A stretch of 64,000 bases of DNA from Hydrolagus affinis. Lineage: Eukaryota. The position numbers and the translations under genes are program-made. Shown in pieces: positions 25,966 to 39,155 of the stretch (its first letter is position 1; every line of letters starts with the position of its first letter). The stretch covers positions 1 through 64,000 of the forward strand of contig JAAILG010000383.1 of assembly GCA_012026655.1 (NCBI GenBank), read 5' to 3'. The notes beneath the pieces were generated by a model. The model was not told the DNA's origin. It saw only the letters and a program-made list of their open reading frames with translations, and did not search any database.

Positions 25966-27307
25966 TAACTTCATGTGATCAGTTTTCTTTGCTCTCAGAG
26001 AAATCTGGATGCTAATATTTACAGCGCAATATTTGATATTAAAAATAATTATCACTGTAAGTGGAAAAAAAAATCATTTTATTCCCCGTTTGATTTCCCC
26101 TAATTTGATTTACTGGCAATTGTGACTGCTTTTCCCTCTCAGGACATCATCCCTTTCCTGACCTACTTTTCTACTATCCTACTGTGAGTGACAGCTACGT
26201 TGCAGCTGGATCATTGCTTCTTGCCTGAGATTAACCTCTAAACTCTTGTGCTCACATCATTTATATCTTTATACAAATAAAGAAACAGTAAAATGTACTA
26301 TATTGCCTCACCCTGCTAAAGCCCTGGTAGGCAGAGCCATATTGGACAGCCCTAAATAATTGGTCATGGATAAGGCTATGACTTATGCAAAGTGCACGGC
26401 CATTGTCAGATAAGCTAAAGCAGCAGGAGTCGCTAGGGAAATCATGTCACACTTTTCACACTTGCTACATTTTATAATCTAGAGGATAAAGTAGAATCTG
26501 GGAGTACATGATTCATGCAGTGTTATCAAGAATATATTCTCAGTTCATTGAAACCTTTGTTCCTTGACAACCAGACTGATAAGAGAATCACAATTCTGTA
26601 TTGGACTGTGTAATACCTTTTTAAAATACACTGCTTCTAATGCTATAACGCTGTTTTCAAACTTGCTGATACACAAGTACACTGTACATTAACTGATATG
26701 ATTATGTTGCTTGTCACATTAGTTTTGATAACTGCTAAAGAGATGGGCATCCGATTTGCTCGTGATAATATTGAGTGTTCTTTGGAGAAATCCTTTGTTT
26801 GTTCTGGTGCATGTTCAGAGTTAAATATGTTAACTTTTGTCTGAAAAGTATCATAAAAGTTAGACTGAAATAAGCTAATAATATGAATAATAATAATAAC
26901 AAAAGTGTGAGCCGCACAATTTGCACAAGTAAAAATCATTCATATCTCAACTGACAGAAGAAAACAATGTCTACAGTCAAACTTCACAGGCCAGGTAGGA
27001 AAACTCAATTGAAAGGGGAAAATTTATCCCACCCTCCCTCTGCCCTGGTTTCCTCTTGATGGAGAACAATTAAAAATCTAATCAAATGCAAGGATTATTA
27101 GATTTCAGATGACATGCTAAAACGGGCGGATTTCAGCATTGCCAGATCATCTCCTCAGCTCAGTATAAGTGATTCTTGCCCTTCGAGACAACTTGTCAAA
27201 ACTACTGTCGGTTAGCACTGGAATTACAAAGAGAAATTCACCACAGTCTGTCCTTGAGTTTCATTTAACTTAAAGTGAATTCAGCACATTGTTGGGAACA
27301 ACCATTG

Positions 27308-27520
27308 TCTGGGGATAGTGCAGTTGGTTAACACACAGTTTTACCTTTTACTTCCAAAGACCTTGGTTTGAATCTATCCCAGGCCCATCTTTACATCAGT
27401 TCAACTATTTTTAAAATGTATTCCTCAGTGATTATTGGCCTATAATTCACTGAAAAGTCAGCACTAAATTCACAATCCAAGAGGTCAAACTTTCCGGTTG
27501 GTGCAAGAAGTGGAACATGT
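27308..27520 (+). mobile_element. Possible LF-SINE-like relic
   Basis: tRNA-like head (ccttttacttccaaagaccttggtttgaatc...cccagg) and agcactaaattcac, similar to the LF-SINE 3' end from memory. Confidence 0.3.
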
Positions 27521-27769
27521 GAACTGGTATTATAGAGATTATATTCACCAGGAAGGGTTAAAGGTCTTCATGGGGGGGAGGGAGGAACGGTGAAAAAAAA
27601 ATTTGACAAATCGTTTTCAAACCTTTAACCCTCTTGCAGCATTTAAATGTATCAGTTCCGCTCTGCTTCAATAATGTATGTTCTACTATATATGCAAATA
27701 TTTCTGCTGTTTGATGGTGTCAAACAGCAGAACCTACTGTACAATGACACAAAGGTTAAATTCACAGTA

Positions 27770-28215
27770 GAACCATATTGACTAGATGGTACCATTTTAA
27801 AGGGGTTAAATGAACAAAGAGACCTGGGAGATCCATATCAGCAAATCTTTGAAGATGGCAGGACAGGTAGATAAAGCTGTTAAAAAAAAAGCTTACGGGA
27901 TACTAGGATTTATTAATAGGGGCATAGAGTATAAAGTCAGGATGTTATGATGAATATTTATAAAATGCTGGTTAGGCCTCAGCTGGAGGACTGTGTTCAG
28001 TTCTGGGCATCACACTTTAGGAAAGATGTTCAGATATTGGAGAGGGTACAAAGGAAATTTACCAGGATGATACCAGGAACGAAGGACCTTAGTTATGAGG
28101 AGAGGTTAGCGAAACTAGAATTATTCTCCTTAGAGCAGAGAAGTTGAAGAGGGGATCTAATAGAGGTTTTCAAGATCATGAGGGGATTTGATAGGTTGAA
28201 CTGGGAAAAACATAG
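27770..28215 (+). mobile_element. CR1-clade LINE ORF2 3' fragment
   Basis: YKMLVRPQLEDCVQFWASHFRKDVQILERVQRKFTRMIPGTKDLSYEERLAKLELFSLEQRS*RGDLIEVFKIMRG, canonical CR1 C-terminal motifs with a stop. Confidence 0.9.
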
Positions 28216-28217
28216 GG

Positions 28218-28261
28218 GTCAGTGACCCCCTTGTCAATGATCCCCTTGTCAGTGACTCCCA
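28218..28261 (+). repeat. 15-bp tandem repeat, about 3 copies
   Basis: gtcagtgaccccctt / gtcaatgatcccctt / gtcagtgactccc. Confidence 0.75.
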
Positions 28262-28599
28262 GTAAATTAAATTTTGTTGTGGTACGATTCTAACCAGGGA
28301 AATATAATCATTGGCAACCCAGAGAAATAACACATCTGGCTGAGGCAATTTGTCTGGCTTGCTGGCATAACCTATGGCATGCTGAGGTTAATGACTGTAC
28401 AAACAGGTATTTCAATCAAGAAATATATTAGGTAAATGTCAACACACTGAACCACATGAGCATTATCCTTGTATAACATTGTATCACGTCATTAAGATGT
28501 CTCAAAGTACTTCACAGGACGGACTATATTTGTGGGCAAAGTAATTTTAAAAATGATCCAACAGGCCCTTGGAACAGGAAGCATTCTGCCTGTTGAAAC

Positions 28600-29165
28600 A
28601 TTATTTAAGTGAGTGAGTAGTACACTTATGGAATTGGCTCCCTAGGGAGACGGTGGAAGCATAAAATGCTGTTTGTTTCAAGAACAAATAAGATGGATTT
28701 CTGCTGGAAAATAATATCTCGGGATACAATATATTGTTTGGGACATGACACGTTAAGCAACTACAAGGCTGGTGGCAGGCAAATTAGATAATAACAATAA
28801 TAATCTTTGCATTTCATATATAGCGCTTTTCACATCTTCTAGACATCTCAAAGCACTTCACAGAATACACTGTAAAGTGAATTGACTGTATAGTTGTGGG
28901 CGAAATGCAGTGGCCAATTGCGCACAGCAGTGTCCCACAAACAACTGTGGAATGAAATGACCAATTTATCATTCTATTTTTTGAGGGATTATTATCATGC
29001 ATGTGGATTAAGGAAATTTGCCCAAGGTTTCGCCCTGCCTGTAATCGAACTCAGGTCTCTCACTTGTAGGGTAAGTGCTCTAACCACTGAGCTACAGGAC
29101 TCCATTGGAATGGATCTTGATGGGCCTCGGTATTCTTTTGCCTAGCAAATTCGTATGTTCTTATT
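28600..29165 (+). mobile_element. Old CR1 3' fragment split by a SINE insertion
   Basis: tggaattggctccctagggagacggtggaagc...ttcaagaacaaataagatggatttctg resumes after the SINE as gatgggcctcgg...tcgtatgttctta. Confidence 0.5.
28788..29104 (-). mobile_element. tRNA-derived SINE, full length
   Basis: Ends gagctacaggactcc (reverse of ggagtcctgtagctc). Confidence 0.92.
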
Positions 29166-29761
29166 TCCTTGATGCCTTTGAAGAACTATATTCCTTTCAA
29201 TGAGTGGCTGGAGCTAGTGACTGACTGAATGAGGCTACTTAACTTCACTCCTTCCTTATGAATGAGAATGGTTAGTTCTTCATGAAAAAAGAGCATGGCA
29301 TTTTATTCCAACAACTTGCATCTATAAGGTGCCCCCCCCCACCCACCCCAGTTAGTTACCGGTTCTTATTTTTTAACGTATATCGGTAGGACTGTGACCA
29401 TCTTATTTAAGCAACATTTCTTTAGTTTGATAAGGTTTACAGAAACTGACCTAATTCTAGATATGAAATAACTATTTAAACGCCTAATTTTCTTCAGTAT
29501 ATTCTTCATATGATTACATTCCCACAGATGTAGGCTTTTATGTTCCTGATCAGTCATGTTCTGAAATTTGAATCACGAGGTACAGGTCAGGTAAAAATCC
29601 TTTTTGATAAGAATTCAGTGAAATCTTACTGTTAACACTCTGCTTCACAGGTGCAAAGTTCTCGAAACAAAAAACCATCCTTTTGCCTTTAATCTTCAAT
29701 TTCCAATTGGAGTTGGAGTGTAAAAAAAATCACATGTCTAGAGGGTTGATGCTGCTGTTCC

Positions 29762-29787
29762 TGTAAATAATCACCATGGTAACAATG
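29762..29787. promoter_or_regulatory. Composite Forkhead / X-box / Sox-like motif
   Basis: TGTAAATA, ATCACCATGGTAAC (29770-29783) and overlapping AACAATG. Confidence 0.3.
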
Positions 29788-31698
29788 TTAACAGCCGCCA
29801 TCACCTCCATGCAAACTATCTGGCTTCCCCTTTGCTACCCAAAACCAAATCAAATATAATTGCAGTCAAAGTGTGAGTTTTAATGGCTTTCTCGGCCAAT
29901 TGGTTGAAGAGCAAATTTGCAGTAGTATAGCTCTATCTCTTCTACGTAACTCAGATTCATGGAAAGGAACAATCACCCACTGTGTCTGTCCTCGAGAAAA
30001 TGACACCAGAGGCTCGATTTACCCTCACAGGAGAAATTTCATTGGGTTTATAATGATATGTCAGCAATGTTAAAGCTGAAATGAATAAAACTACTTGAAT
30101 GATAGGAGGAAAAGGTGATTTAATTCAATGATGGTCAACCTCATACAGTGGGTTCAAGAGCAGAAGCTAAATGTAGAAGTACTTACTTACTCTCAAACCT
30201 CACTCTGTACAAAACTTCACAAAATCTGCTCATTGGTATCATGGTTTTCAACAGTGAAGTAGACGCAACATAAAATAACCAGTAAGGACTATCTGAACTG
30301 GACTGACTCCAAGGTGATAGGTTTGTTAACGGAATATGGGGATTGACCCAGACCTCGGTAGTTCGATTCTTGAGCCAGGCGTGTCTTCAGTACTGTTTAT
30401 ATACCTCCCACCCACCCTTTGTGAGAATTTAGACTGTGTTCTAACTTCTTATTGCCAAACATATGTACGCTCCAGCAGGAATAATTAGACAGCGATTAGG
30501 AGCAGAAATCATGGGTGACTTTTCTCCCCCGCCATCACACGGTTTTGTCTGGTTCAGAATCATAGCAAGGAACGCTTACAACAGCTGGGATTTATATGGC
30601 ACCCTTTGCACACGCAGTGTCTTAGAGCGTTAAACAGGGATGTGGTTTGACATACTGAGCTCGAAAGGGAATTGCTCGTCTCCCATCTCCCCCCACCATC
30701 CACTCCCCAATTTGGTTAAATATTCACAGGCCTGGCACAGACTTAAGGAATATCCACTTGGACAAAGTAATGGAAAATGGCTACATCAAGCAAGAGTTTC
30801 CTTTCTCCATAGATGCTGCCTGACCTGCCCAGTGTTCCCAGCTACTTCTGATTTTGTATTTGAAGCACAACAAGTTCCACCGAACAGCTATGAAGTGAAT
30901 GACCAATTTTATTTAGTTGCCCAGGGAACCTGGAGAAAATCCTTTCACTTTACACATAAAGCCATGGGATCTTAAACATCCAGTCGAACAAGCAGATGGG
31001 ACCTTGGTTTAACATCGGAGTAACCAGGTATTAGGGGAGAATCTTCACTGCAAAGAATATGAATTATGAAAATACAAGCCAGGAGATACATTTACAGGCA
31101 GGGGATTATTTTACACCAAAAATACTCCTGTAGTTCTCCTTTACACGTGCTGGCCACATAATCAGAGAAATAGGCGAAAGGATCTTGCACCATCTAAGAA
31201 GAAACAATGTTATCACATTGTCATCACCTGCTAAGAGCTAAGGTTGATCATTTGGGTGGCTGTGGCAATTTTAACACTAGTCTATGATTGATAGATCTGT
31301 TACAAGCTACACAACAAGGAACAATGAACAACCATCTACCCATCCCTAAAATACAGAAACTCAATAAGCTTATATCAGTCCAGTTTCACTGACCATATTT
31401 CAGTCCCAAATTTCAATGGACATAGAAAGAAATAATCGAAAAACTAAAAAGTGAGAGAGATTAAACATTTATTCCATTTCCCAGGACACAGAACTGCTAT
31501 TGGCAAAATGAAAGTGAAGTATTTAATTGCTTTTGCCTCAGAATACAAATGAATCCTGAAGGTAGTTCAGTCACCAAAGGAGTGAGCCATGGGTTTCAAA
31601 CACTCACACACTCAATAGTTCCCTCTATAAAATCCATCCTCAATAAAACCTTCCATTATTTGGAGCCTGTGCGGAACATCAGAGGAGTGATGATTGCA

Positions 31699-32010
31699 GA
31701 GTTCTGTAGCTCAGTGGTTAGAGCACTCGCCTTGCAAGCGAGAAACCTGGGTTCAATTCCAGGCAGGGTGAAACCTTGGGCAAGTTTCTTTACTCCACAC
31801 GCCTAATAATAATAATCCCTCAAAAATAAATAATAAATTGGTCATTTCAACCCACTGCAGTTTGTGGGACGCTGCTGCGTGCAATTGGCCGCTGCGTTTC
31901 GCCCACAGCTATACAGTCAATTCACTTTAAAGTAAATTCTGAAGAGCACTTTGAGACGTCGAGAAGACGTGAAAAGCGTGATATCAAAATGCAAGGATTA
32001 TTATTATTAA
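31699..32010 (+). mobile_element. tRNA-derived SINE, full length
   Basis: gagttctgtagctcagtggttagagcactcgccttgcaagcgag...ggttcaattcc; anticodon-like loop CTTGCAA. Confidence 0.92.
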
Positions 32011-32994
32011 CATCTGTTTTGCAAAAAAAAATTGAAGAATATGTTAAACAGCGGTCTACCGATCTGATGAATTGTTTCCCATATGTGGTATGGTTTAAAG
32101 TAGCAATTGAACGTTAACGGTTCATGAACCGTACGGCACGTATTAATGTTTTTTTTGTTGAGACAATTACTGGGCAATTAGAATACTTAATCATATTCCG
32201 AGGATGCATATTCATGGCGCCAAGTTCTTTGTTTCCAGTAGACTGTTGTTTCGAACCCTCCATTTAAACAAAATGAACTAAGCGTAATTTTGTTTGATGC
32301 CTTTATGCTGCTAGAATCGTTAGAAATATCAATTATCAAAGCGGCACAAAAATAGTTCAAGACATGTCTGTATGAAAGTATCTCTGATATATGGTATTTC
32401 AAATTCAGCAACTAAACTAACGCTTATTTGAGGCAAGGGTTGACTGATCATTGGAGAAAGCTAGAATGCATGTGAAGTGCCTTAAGTTGGAGCTTTTAAT
32501 ATGGATCATTTTAATGCCACAGTCTCGGCACAGCGCCATCATTAAACATTCTGGTCATGAACTATAAAGATCGGCTTGGTGGACACAAGGGAGTCCTTCT
32601 TCTCCTCTGAATGTGATTACCTTGCAACAGTCATTACGGGATAAGCATTGCCACCATGTCAGTGTTACATCAAAATCAAAAGGAATGAATCTAAAATACA
32701 CCCAATCAAACGATACTATATTGTGAAATGTGCTACCCTGTTAGCAATTAAACATTACAAGCGGATTGAAATACAAATGAAACCAAATGCTACCCCGGTC
32801 AACCTTAACGTACAGAGGTAGCTGATTCATATGCAATAAACAGATTTGCACATGGAGTGGTGGGGGGAGGATCATATAAAAGCAATTTATTGGTTATATT
32901 TTAAAGGTCACTTGTTTAGCCTTGACTGAAGCTTTGCATACGAATAGGTTTGGGGGCAGCAGTGATGTGTTTTTATGGGACCTAAGTTATAATT

Positions 32995-33013
32995 TATTGC
33001 CATCTAGTGGCCA
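32995..33013 (-). promoter_or_regulatory. CTCF-like binding motif
   Basis: Minus strand TGGCCACTAGATGGCAATA closely matches the CTCF core consensus TGGCCACCAGRKGGCRSY. Confidence 0.5.
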
Positions 33014-33030
33014 AACATTTTTCCAAATGA

Positions 33031-33340
33031 GAATAATAATAATAATAATAATAATCCTTTCATTTGATATAGAGCATTTCATGTCTTTTTGTAAACGTCT
33101 TAAAGCACGTCACAGAATCTAATTTAAAGTGAATTGACCATATATATGTGGACAAAACACAGTAACCAATTGCACACAGCAGTGTCCCACAAACAGTGTC
33201 CAGTTTATTATTGTTTTATTTTGAGAGATTATTAGGTGTGTGGAGTAAGAAAACTTGCCCAAGGTTTTTCCCTGCTTGGAATTGAACCCAAGTCTCTCGC
33301 TTGTAAGGCGAGTGCTCTAACCTCTGTGCTACAGGACTCC
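33031..33340 (-). mobile_element. tRNA-derived SINE, full length
   Basis: Head, body and long (TAA)n tail. Confidence 0.9.
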
Positions 33341-33564
33341 AAAAGAATGCTTGTGAGATAGAAAATTAAATGCGTTGAATCTGCTAACACTCCACTGGAA
33401 CACATCACTCTAATAACCAAGGCTCAAACGACATTTATGGAACATTAAACAAGTGAGAAAGTTTGACTTTGCCATCTGAATATGTGGAATAGACCACCCA
33501 AGGAGGCAGATTGTGTTAACAAATTCAAGTGAGAAGTAGATAACTAGTTGCATCACTTTTTAAA

Positions 33565-33738
33565 AAACAATTGGTCATTTCAATCCATGACTGTTTGTGG
33601 GACAGTGCTGTGGGCAATTGGTTGCCGTGTTTCGCCCACATATATTCAGTCAATTCTCTTTACAGTATATTCTGTGAAGCGCTTTGAGGCATCTAGAAGA
33701 TGTGAAAAGCGCTATATCAAATGCAAGGATTATTATAA
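33565..33738 (+). mobile_element. SINE 3' half
   Basis: Family body and tail. Confidence 0.85.
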
Positions 33739-35454
33739 CATGGACCACAATAGTATTTCCCTGTCAAGTTCATGCCGATGTTACCAGTCACCCTCATGCA
33801 CGAGGTTCCAACCTTGCAAATGCATTTTGCTTATATTCCAAACAAAACTCATACATCAGGAGAGTTTATATAACCTGTGCAAAGGGCTTTGTGATTGCCG
33901 TGTTTTGAAAGTGTCGTGGCTCCGGCTGTTTTGCAAACATTTTGACTTGGAAGCTTTGCTAGAAAATATGTCACAATTAACAACTTCCATCTGACAGTTC
34001 TCAGGTTATGTAAAATGTGGCATGTTGACACCTACGCTTTGAATTTGGCTTAAAGAGTCAAACCAGATTCAATTGTCTCCCTCTGAATTTAGCACAATTT
34101 TAAGAACGGTAGACTTAAGTGAATAAATACACAGATACACTGGCGGACACTACAGGGCAAACCCACTTGCGCAATGTCACAGACACTCCATGCCTCTGCT
34201 TCCTCTCTGTGAGAGCTTTAAGTTGCTGTTCATTGTTAGAAAAGGAAATCAAATCTGAAATACTCTTCTGTCGAATTAAATAATTATTTAGAGGTGAAAT
34301 CTGAATTTCTAGCAGAAATATAACATATTAAATATAAATATATTTATAAATATAACATAATATAAATATAATATTTCCAGCCCATGAGATTCATTTCAAG
34401 CATATAATTAGAAGTGAACAGAAGAATTTCACTGTCCACTCCCAGATAAACAGACAGTGGTAATTCAGTGATAATTTAATTGAAATTAGCCTCCAATTTT
34501 AGGGGGAGTGGGGGGGGGGGGGAGGTGGGTGGTGAGAAAAAAAAGTAGCACTTATATAAGTTTTACAAAAGCCTTTTGTAACATTTCTCCTATCATTTTT
34601 TCCCCCCAATTGTAATGAAACTCCCACTCCTGACAAAATTTAACATTGTTAGAGAAATGTATTCTTTGAAGGTATTACTTAATGCCCAATTTGTGAACGT
34701 AATGGGCTTTTATGACACAGTGATTTAGAGAAAACCCCACTTAAGTGCCAATCTAATGGATACAAATGAAGCCACTTTGTATAAAATGCCTACAGGTGAA
34801 TCTGCAATTCACCTTGCTGCACTAGTAGTCAACTTCCTCTGTGGTAGTTGAGTACTTGTGAGCTGATGATATGCTATGTCGTGTAGATGTGAGTGTCTGA
34901 ATCTGTCTGCTGTTGTGTGCAAATGTGGTGTGTGAACTATGCCCCATACGGTATGCAGAGTACCCTAAATGTCACCATAGAAAAAGCATTGTATAAGATA
35001 GGAGTTTGTGATACAAACTCACACTGAGACCTAAAGAGAATATTATCAGCAGGATGTCATGTAGCACTGCCACAATGCAGATGTATGAATTGACATTTGA
35101 TGCCATTTCTTATTACTGAATAGTCCAAGCTTTTTCTGTTGTTAGGTCCTAAAATAACTGAATCTCTTCTGTGCCTCTTATATTTGTCTTATCATCTTAT
35201 GTTTGCGCTCGGTGATGCTACCCTGTGTGAGGGCCTCTCTATGCACCAAATTGATAAAATGGTCAGTGTTTTCTCTAGGCTTGTAACTGGTTCTTGAACC
35301 GAGTAAGCTGGATATAGTTCCACTTCTTCATACTAGTATCTCCTCCAACACCAGCATTGCTGACTCCTGCTCGATGAATCAGGACCTCTGGGATGTTTTT
35401 AGTTTGGTATACCATTTGTTAACCCATTCCTTTTAGGGATCATTTGTTTTGTGT

Positions 35455-35680
35455 TTAGAACCATAGAAATGTAGAGAAGCACAGAACAAAAAAAAGGTCA
35501 TCCATCCCATCATGTCCACGCTGCTTCTTTTAAAGAGCAATACTTAAAATTCCAGTCACCTGCTTTTTCCTCATAGTCCTGTGGTTCATTCCTGTCTAGA
35601 TGTTTACTTCATTCCCCTTTGAAGTTAATATTGATTCTGCTTCAAGCATCACTCCCCAGCAGGACATTCAGTATCCTAAC

Positions 35681-35731
<51 letters not shown>

Positions 35732-35755
35732 AAAGAAATTCTCCTAATCTCCACA
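35455..35755 (-). mobile_element. CR1 3' terminus with internal (GT)n
   Basis: tagaaccatagaa terminal repeat and ggtcatccatcccatcatgtccacgctg; cattcagtatcctaactactctgtg...aagaaattctcct. Confidence 0.55.
35686..35731. repeat. (GT)n microsatellite
   Basis: Direct observation. Confidence 0.9.
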
Positions 35756-37047
35756 CGTTAAAGTGTTTTAAAAATGCAATTGTTAGTATCTAATGATTTA
35801 ATACCCAGTGGAGCTAGAAATGGGGTCACATTTGTTCTGCTTTAAACATATGCAAAACACTCTAAACTTTGTTAATACCCAAATCTCTGAAAAAGTGGAA
35901 CTCTTAAGTCATTTTTTATTGTCAGAAAATACAGAATGTGCTCGTAATTATTAGTTTTAAATTGAACATCCTGTTGTTTCTTTTAAGCTTATAATTGGAT
36001 TGAATGTTAGATGACACTAATTGTTAATGTTGCTGTATTTAGCTGTTAAGATGTAGAAAGGAGCATGAAGTACATTAGTTACCTACCAACTATGGTATCC
36101 AAAGCCTAACTTTAACAGATGTCCTCCTCGAAGGGTTTCATTGACTTGACTAACTCAGACTTGATGCTGTGTGTCAGCTGTGCACTCTTACACTGTTGCT
36201 AAGTCAGGTGTAAGTTACCTGTTCAATTATCTTGTATTCACATGGACAACCAGAAACAAGAACATTAGGTAAGGTAATAAAAAGGTCATAATAAATAAGT
36301 CATTTCACGAGTCGCAGTTGATTGTAGATATGCACACGTACCACAAAACCTACACCCGTCAGTTTTTTCAATGACTCCCGGTGGCCACACTCCACATGTA
36401 ATAACTAGAGGAACTCTTACTTTTGGTGAAGAGTTACTATCACATCCCAAAGCACTTCACAGGATATATTGTAAAGTGCAATGACCGTAAGCCAAAATGT
36501 CAGTAGATACCATCTGTGGAGTCCATTACAGCCTTGCGTATATATACACACATATGCGCACATTTAAGTATGAGATCACCGGATAATTCTCATGTATTTT
36601 CAGCTGCCTAGCTTGGGGGCAATTGAGGGCAATTTGTACCCAGCTAAAATCAGCCTTGAACCTTGAGGGTTTGCATAGCTTATCTTCACATTGGACAGTG
36701 ACTTTTACCAGCTCAGCTACTAGGAGGAAGTGTCTTTAATTGGAACATCCATTTTTAATGGTCAGTTTTAATAATGCATCTCTTCTCACAAGAAAAATGG
36801 GGGTAGATTTGATGGCCTTCATTCTGGTATATAAGCGGCTTGAGATTTGCAATAAGTTGATTGTTGGATCCCTAAACAAAAATCACCTGCTGGGGAGACA
36901 GTGGGAAGCTCAAGTTTGCAGTTGGTTGTGCATGTAGCCATAACAACAGCAGTTAATCATTGCTGCACTCAGCAAGTCATCTCTGCCACCAGCAATTGGA
37001 ACTGTTTGGGATCTTGGGCATGCCAAGGATTTTAATCATTTACCCGT

Positions 37048-37372
37048 AGGTCCTGTTGTTCAGTGGGTAGAACACTCGCCTTGCAAGCAAGAGAACACTC
37101 GCCATGCAAGCAAGAGACCCAGGTTCAATTCCAGGCAGAGCGAAACCTTGGGCAAGTTTCCTTTACCCCACATGCCAAATAATAATCCCTCAAAAAAATT
37201 AGTCATTTCAATCCATGACTGTTTGTGGGACGTTGCCTGTGCGCAATTGGCTGCTGCGTTCTGCTGCGCCCACAAATCAGTTCACTTCACAGTGTATTCT
37301 GTGAAATGCTTTGAGACGTCTAGTAGACGTGGAAAGTGCTGTATCATATCCATTATTTGAGTTATTATTATG
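37048..37372 (+). mobile_element. tRNA-derived SINE with duplicated anticodon arm
   Basis: 23-nt tandem duplication at 37071-37116. Confidence 0.88.
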
Positions 37373-37660
37373 GTGCGCTAAATGTGCTTTACCTCTTTAT
37401 GGAGAAGGAAGATGTCATTTCATCTGAGATGTATTTGTGGGCCGCTTAATGATTTTTTTAATTAAAGGAAAGATAAACGTAGCAATGCAAATAATGCTCC
37501 AATAGTGGGGTGAGTATTGCAATGCCTGATGTGAGTTAACTCGAATGGTGCAAATTCTCTCAGATATTGAATTTAGCAACTTTATGATAAAGTCAGAAAA
37601 TCTCTCTCTCACACACACACCCACACATGCGGGTCATTAAGCAGATCTCTCAATGGACAC

Positions 37661-37895
37661 TACAACAACAACAAATTACATTTATAGAGCGCCTTTCACG
37701 TCGGGAGGACGTCCCAAGGCGCTGCACAGGGGGAGTGTGACCCGAGCTGGGAGGGGAATGTTTGGGCGGGGGTGAAACACGAAGGGGAGGTTGAAAAATT
37801 CGGAGGGGAACAAAAGGCACGGTCGAAGAGGAAAGTCTTCAAACCGGCCTTGAAAGAGGAAAGGGAAGAAATGAGACGAAGGGATTGGGGGATAG
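37661..37895 (-). mobile_element. L2 3' end, low divergence
   Basis: (caa)n-aattacatttatagagcgcctttcacgtcgggaggacgtcccaaggcgctg; minus-strand ORF end SSFKAGLKTFLFDRAF. Confidence 0.8.
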
Positions 37896-38987
37896 ACACT
37901 GTGAGAAACCTGCATCAAATGGATCACTTTCTTTGGCAATGTAATCATTATCCAGCTCCTCTCAGAATTCCAAAGTCCACGTTAAACCAGGTAAACTTAG
38001 GTGATTTGACAATAGTGACAAAAGCCAAGGACTATCAATGTGGCTCGAACTGGGCATCTATCCCTGTCCACGCACTCAGCTGGTCAGCTGGGTTTGGAAA
38101 CTTGTTCTTTTGAGGACGTTTGCTTAGTTTGTCTTTGGCTCACCTCTTTATGTCTTGGAAATGCTTTACGGCAATTCTTGCAGTCCGTCCTCTCTTTGAA
38201 GGTGGTCACGTTTGATTTACCAGCTATTTATGGTCCTGTATCTCACATTTTCCTTGTTCTGCAAATGTTATTTTTGGATCAAAAGGTTGCTTTCCTTTGT
38301 TTGACAGTTTCCTTTGCCAGGAAGTCTAAGACGTCCATATGTCCTACCCTTTATTCTCCCAGCACTTTTAATAATTTTACTTTCTGATTCAATATGTTTA
38401 AAGTGTGTATTCCTCTGTGTTTCACTAAATCTGGTTTTCCACCTTAATTTGTTTTGTTATTTTCAGTACCAACAGAGAATGAACGGCAAGGAGGTATCAT
38501 CAACAGACAATGTCCATATGGCATGGAATATCATAATAAATAATAATTCTTGCAATTGATATAGCACCATATCACATCGTTGAAACTCTACCCTGCATGA
38601 GGGCACTGTGCAAGTACAAGTTGTTGTTGCTGTCATCAAGCACTTCACAGAACATTCTGTAAAGTGAATCAACTGTGTCTGTTTCATGGGCGAAAAGTCC
38701 TCAAAATATTGTGGGCTGGTCTCAAGTAGGCTGTTCTCTAATACGAGATAAGCAACGTGTCTAAGTTCTGACAAATGCACAAAAACGTGGTGGGTGAGAA
38801 TCTGACGCGGAGCTGTTAAGACATCATTCTGGACTCATCGTCAGTGCTGTGACTTCAAGTAAGGAATCACGAGGGCCATACATGCAACTCTACTGAGGAG
38901 AGGTTCACCACACGCAAGGTGCAAGAACGGAAATTAGACACCAACGCAGACATGTGCATCACCAGCACTTCACAAGTGATTTATAAA

Positions 38988-39155
38988 GGCATCAGTGTGG
39001 CTGACTTGGTCGCTCTCTTACCTCTGACTCAGAAAGTTGCGGGTTCAAGTCCTACATCAGGACTTTAAACTCACATAGTCCAGGCTGACAGTCCAATACA
39101 GTGCTTAGAATAGCATTGCTTTGTTGGAAGTGCTGTCCTTTGGATGAAACCACAA
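38988..39155 (+). mobile_element. Ancient Deu-domain SINE (SacSINE1/AmnSINE1-like) 5' part
   Basis: cctctgactcagaaagttgcgggttcaagtcc...ccaggctgacagtccaatacagtgct...gtgctgtcctttggatga resembles the shark SacSINE1 head as I recall it; related decayed copies at ~19933-20000, 21490-21650, 30870-31015, 43620-43835, 51025-51310, 52560-52730, 55980-56150. Confidence 0.6.

Noticed and set aside
31699-31775. Functional tRNA-Ala or tRNA-Val genes
   Set aside because: The tRNA-like heads run directly into a shared SINE body and LINE-like tail and differ from copy to copy; they are SINE promoters, not tRNA genes
33548-33994. Recurrent peptides such as TVCGTLLCAIGC and KRYIKCKDYY as a protein family
   Set aside because: These are translations of the non-coding SINE body
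33855-35030. STRA6-like identity for locus B, based on ARWKLLIVTYFL
   Set aside because: Only a loose resemblance to the STRA6 RWxLAYTL motif, with no support from neighbouring segments
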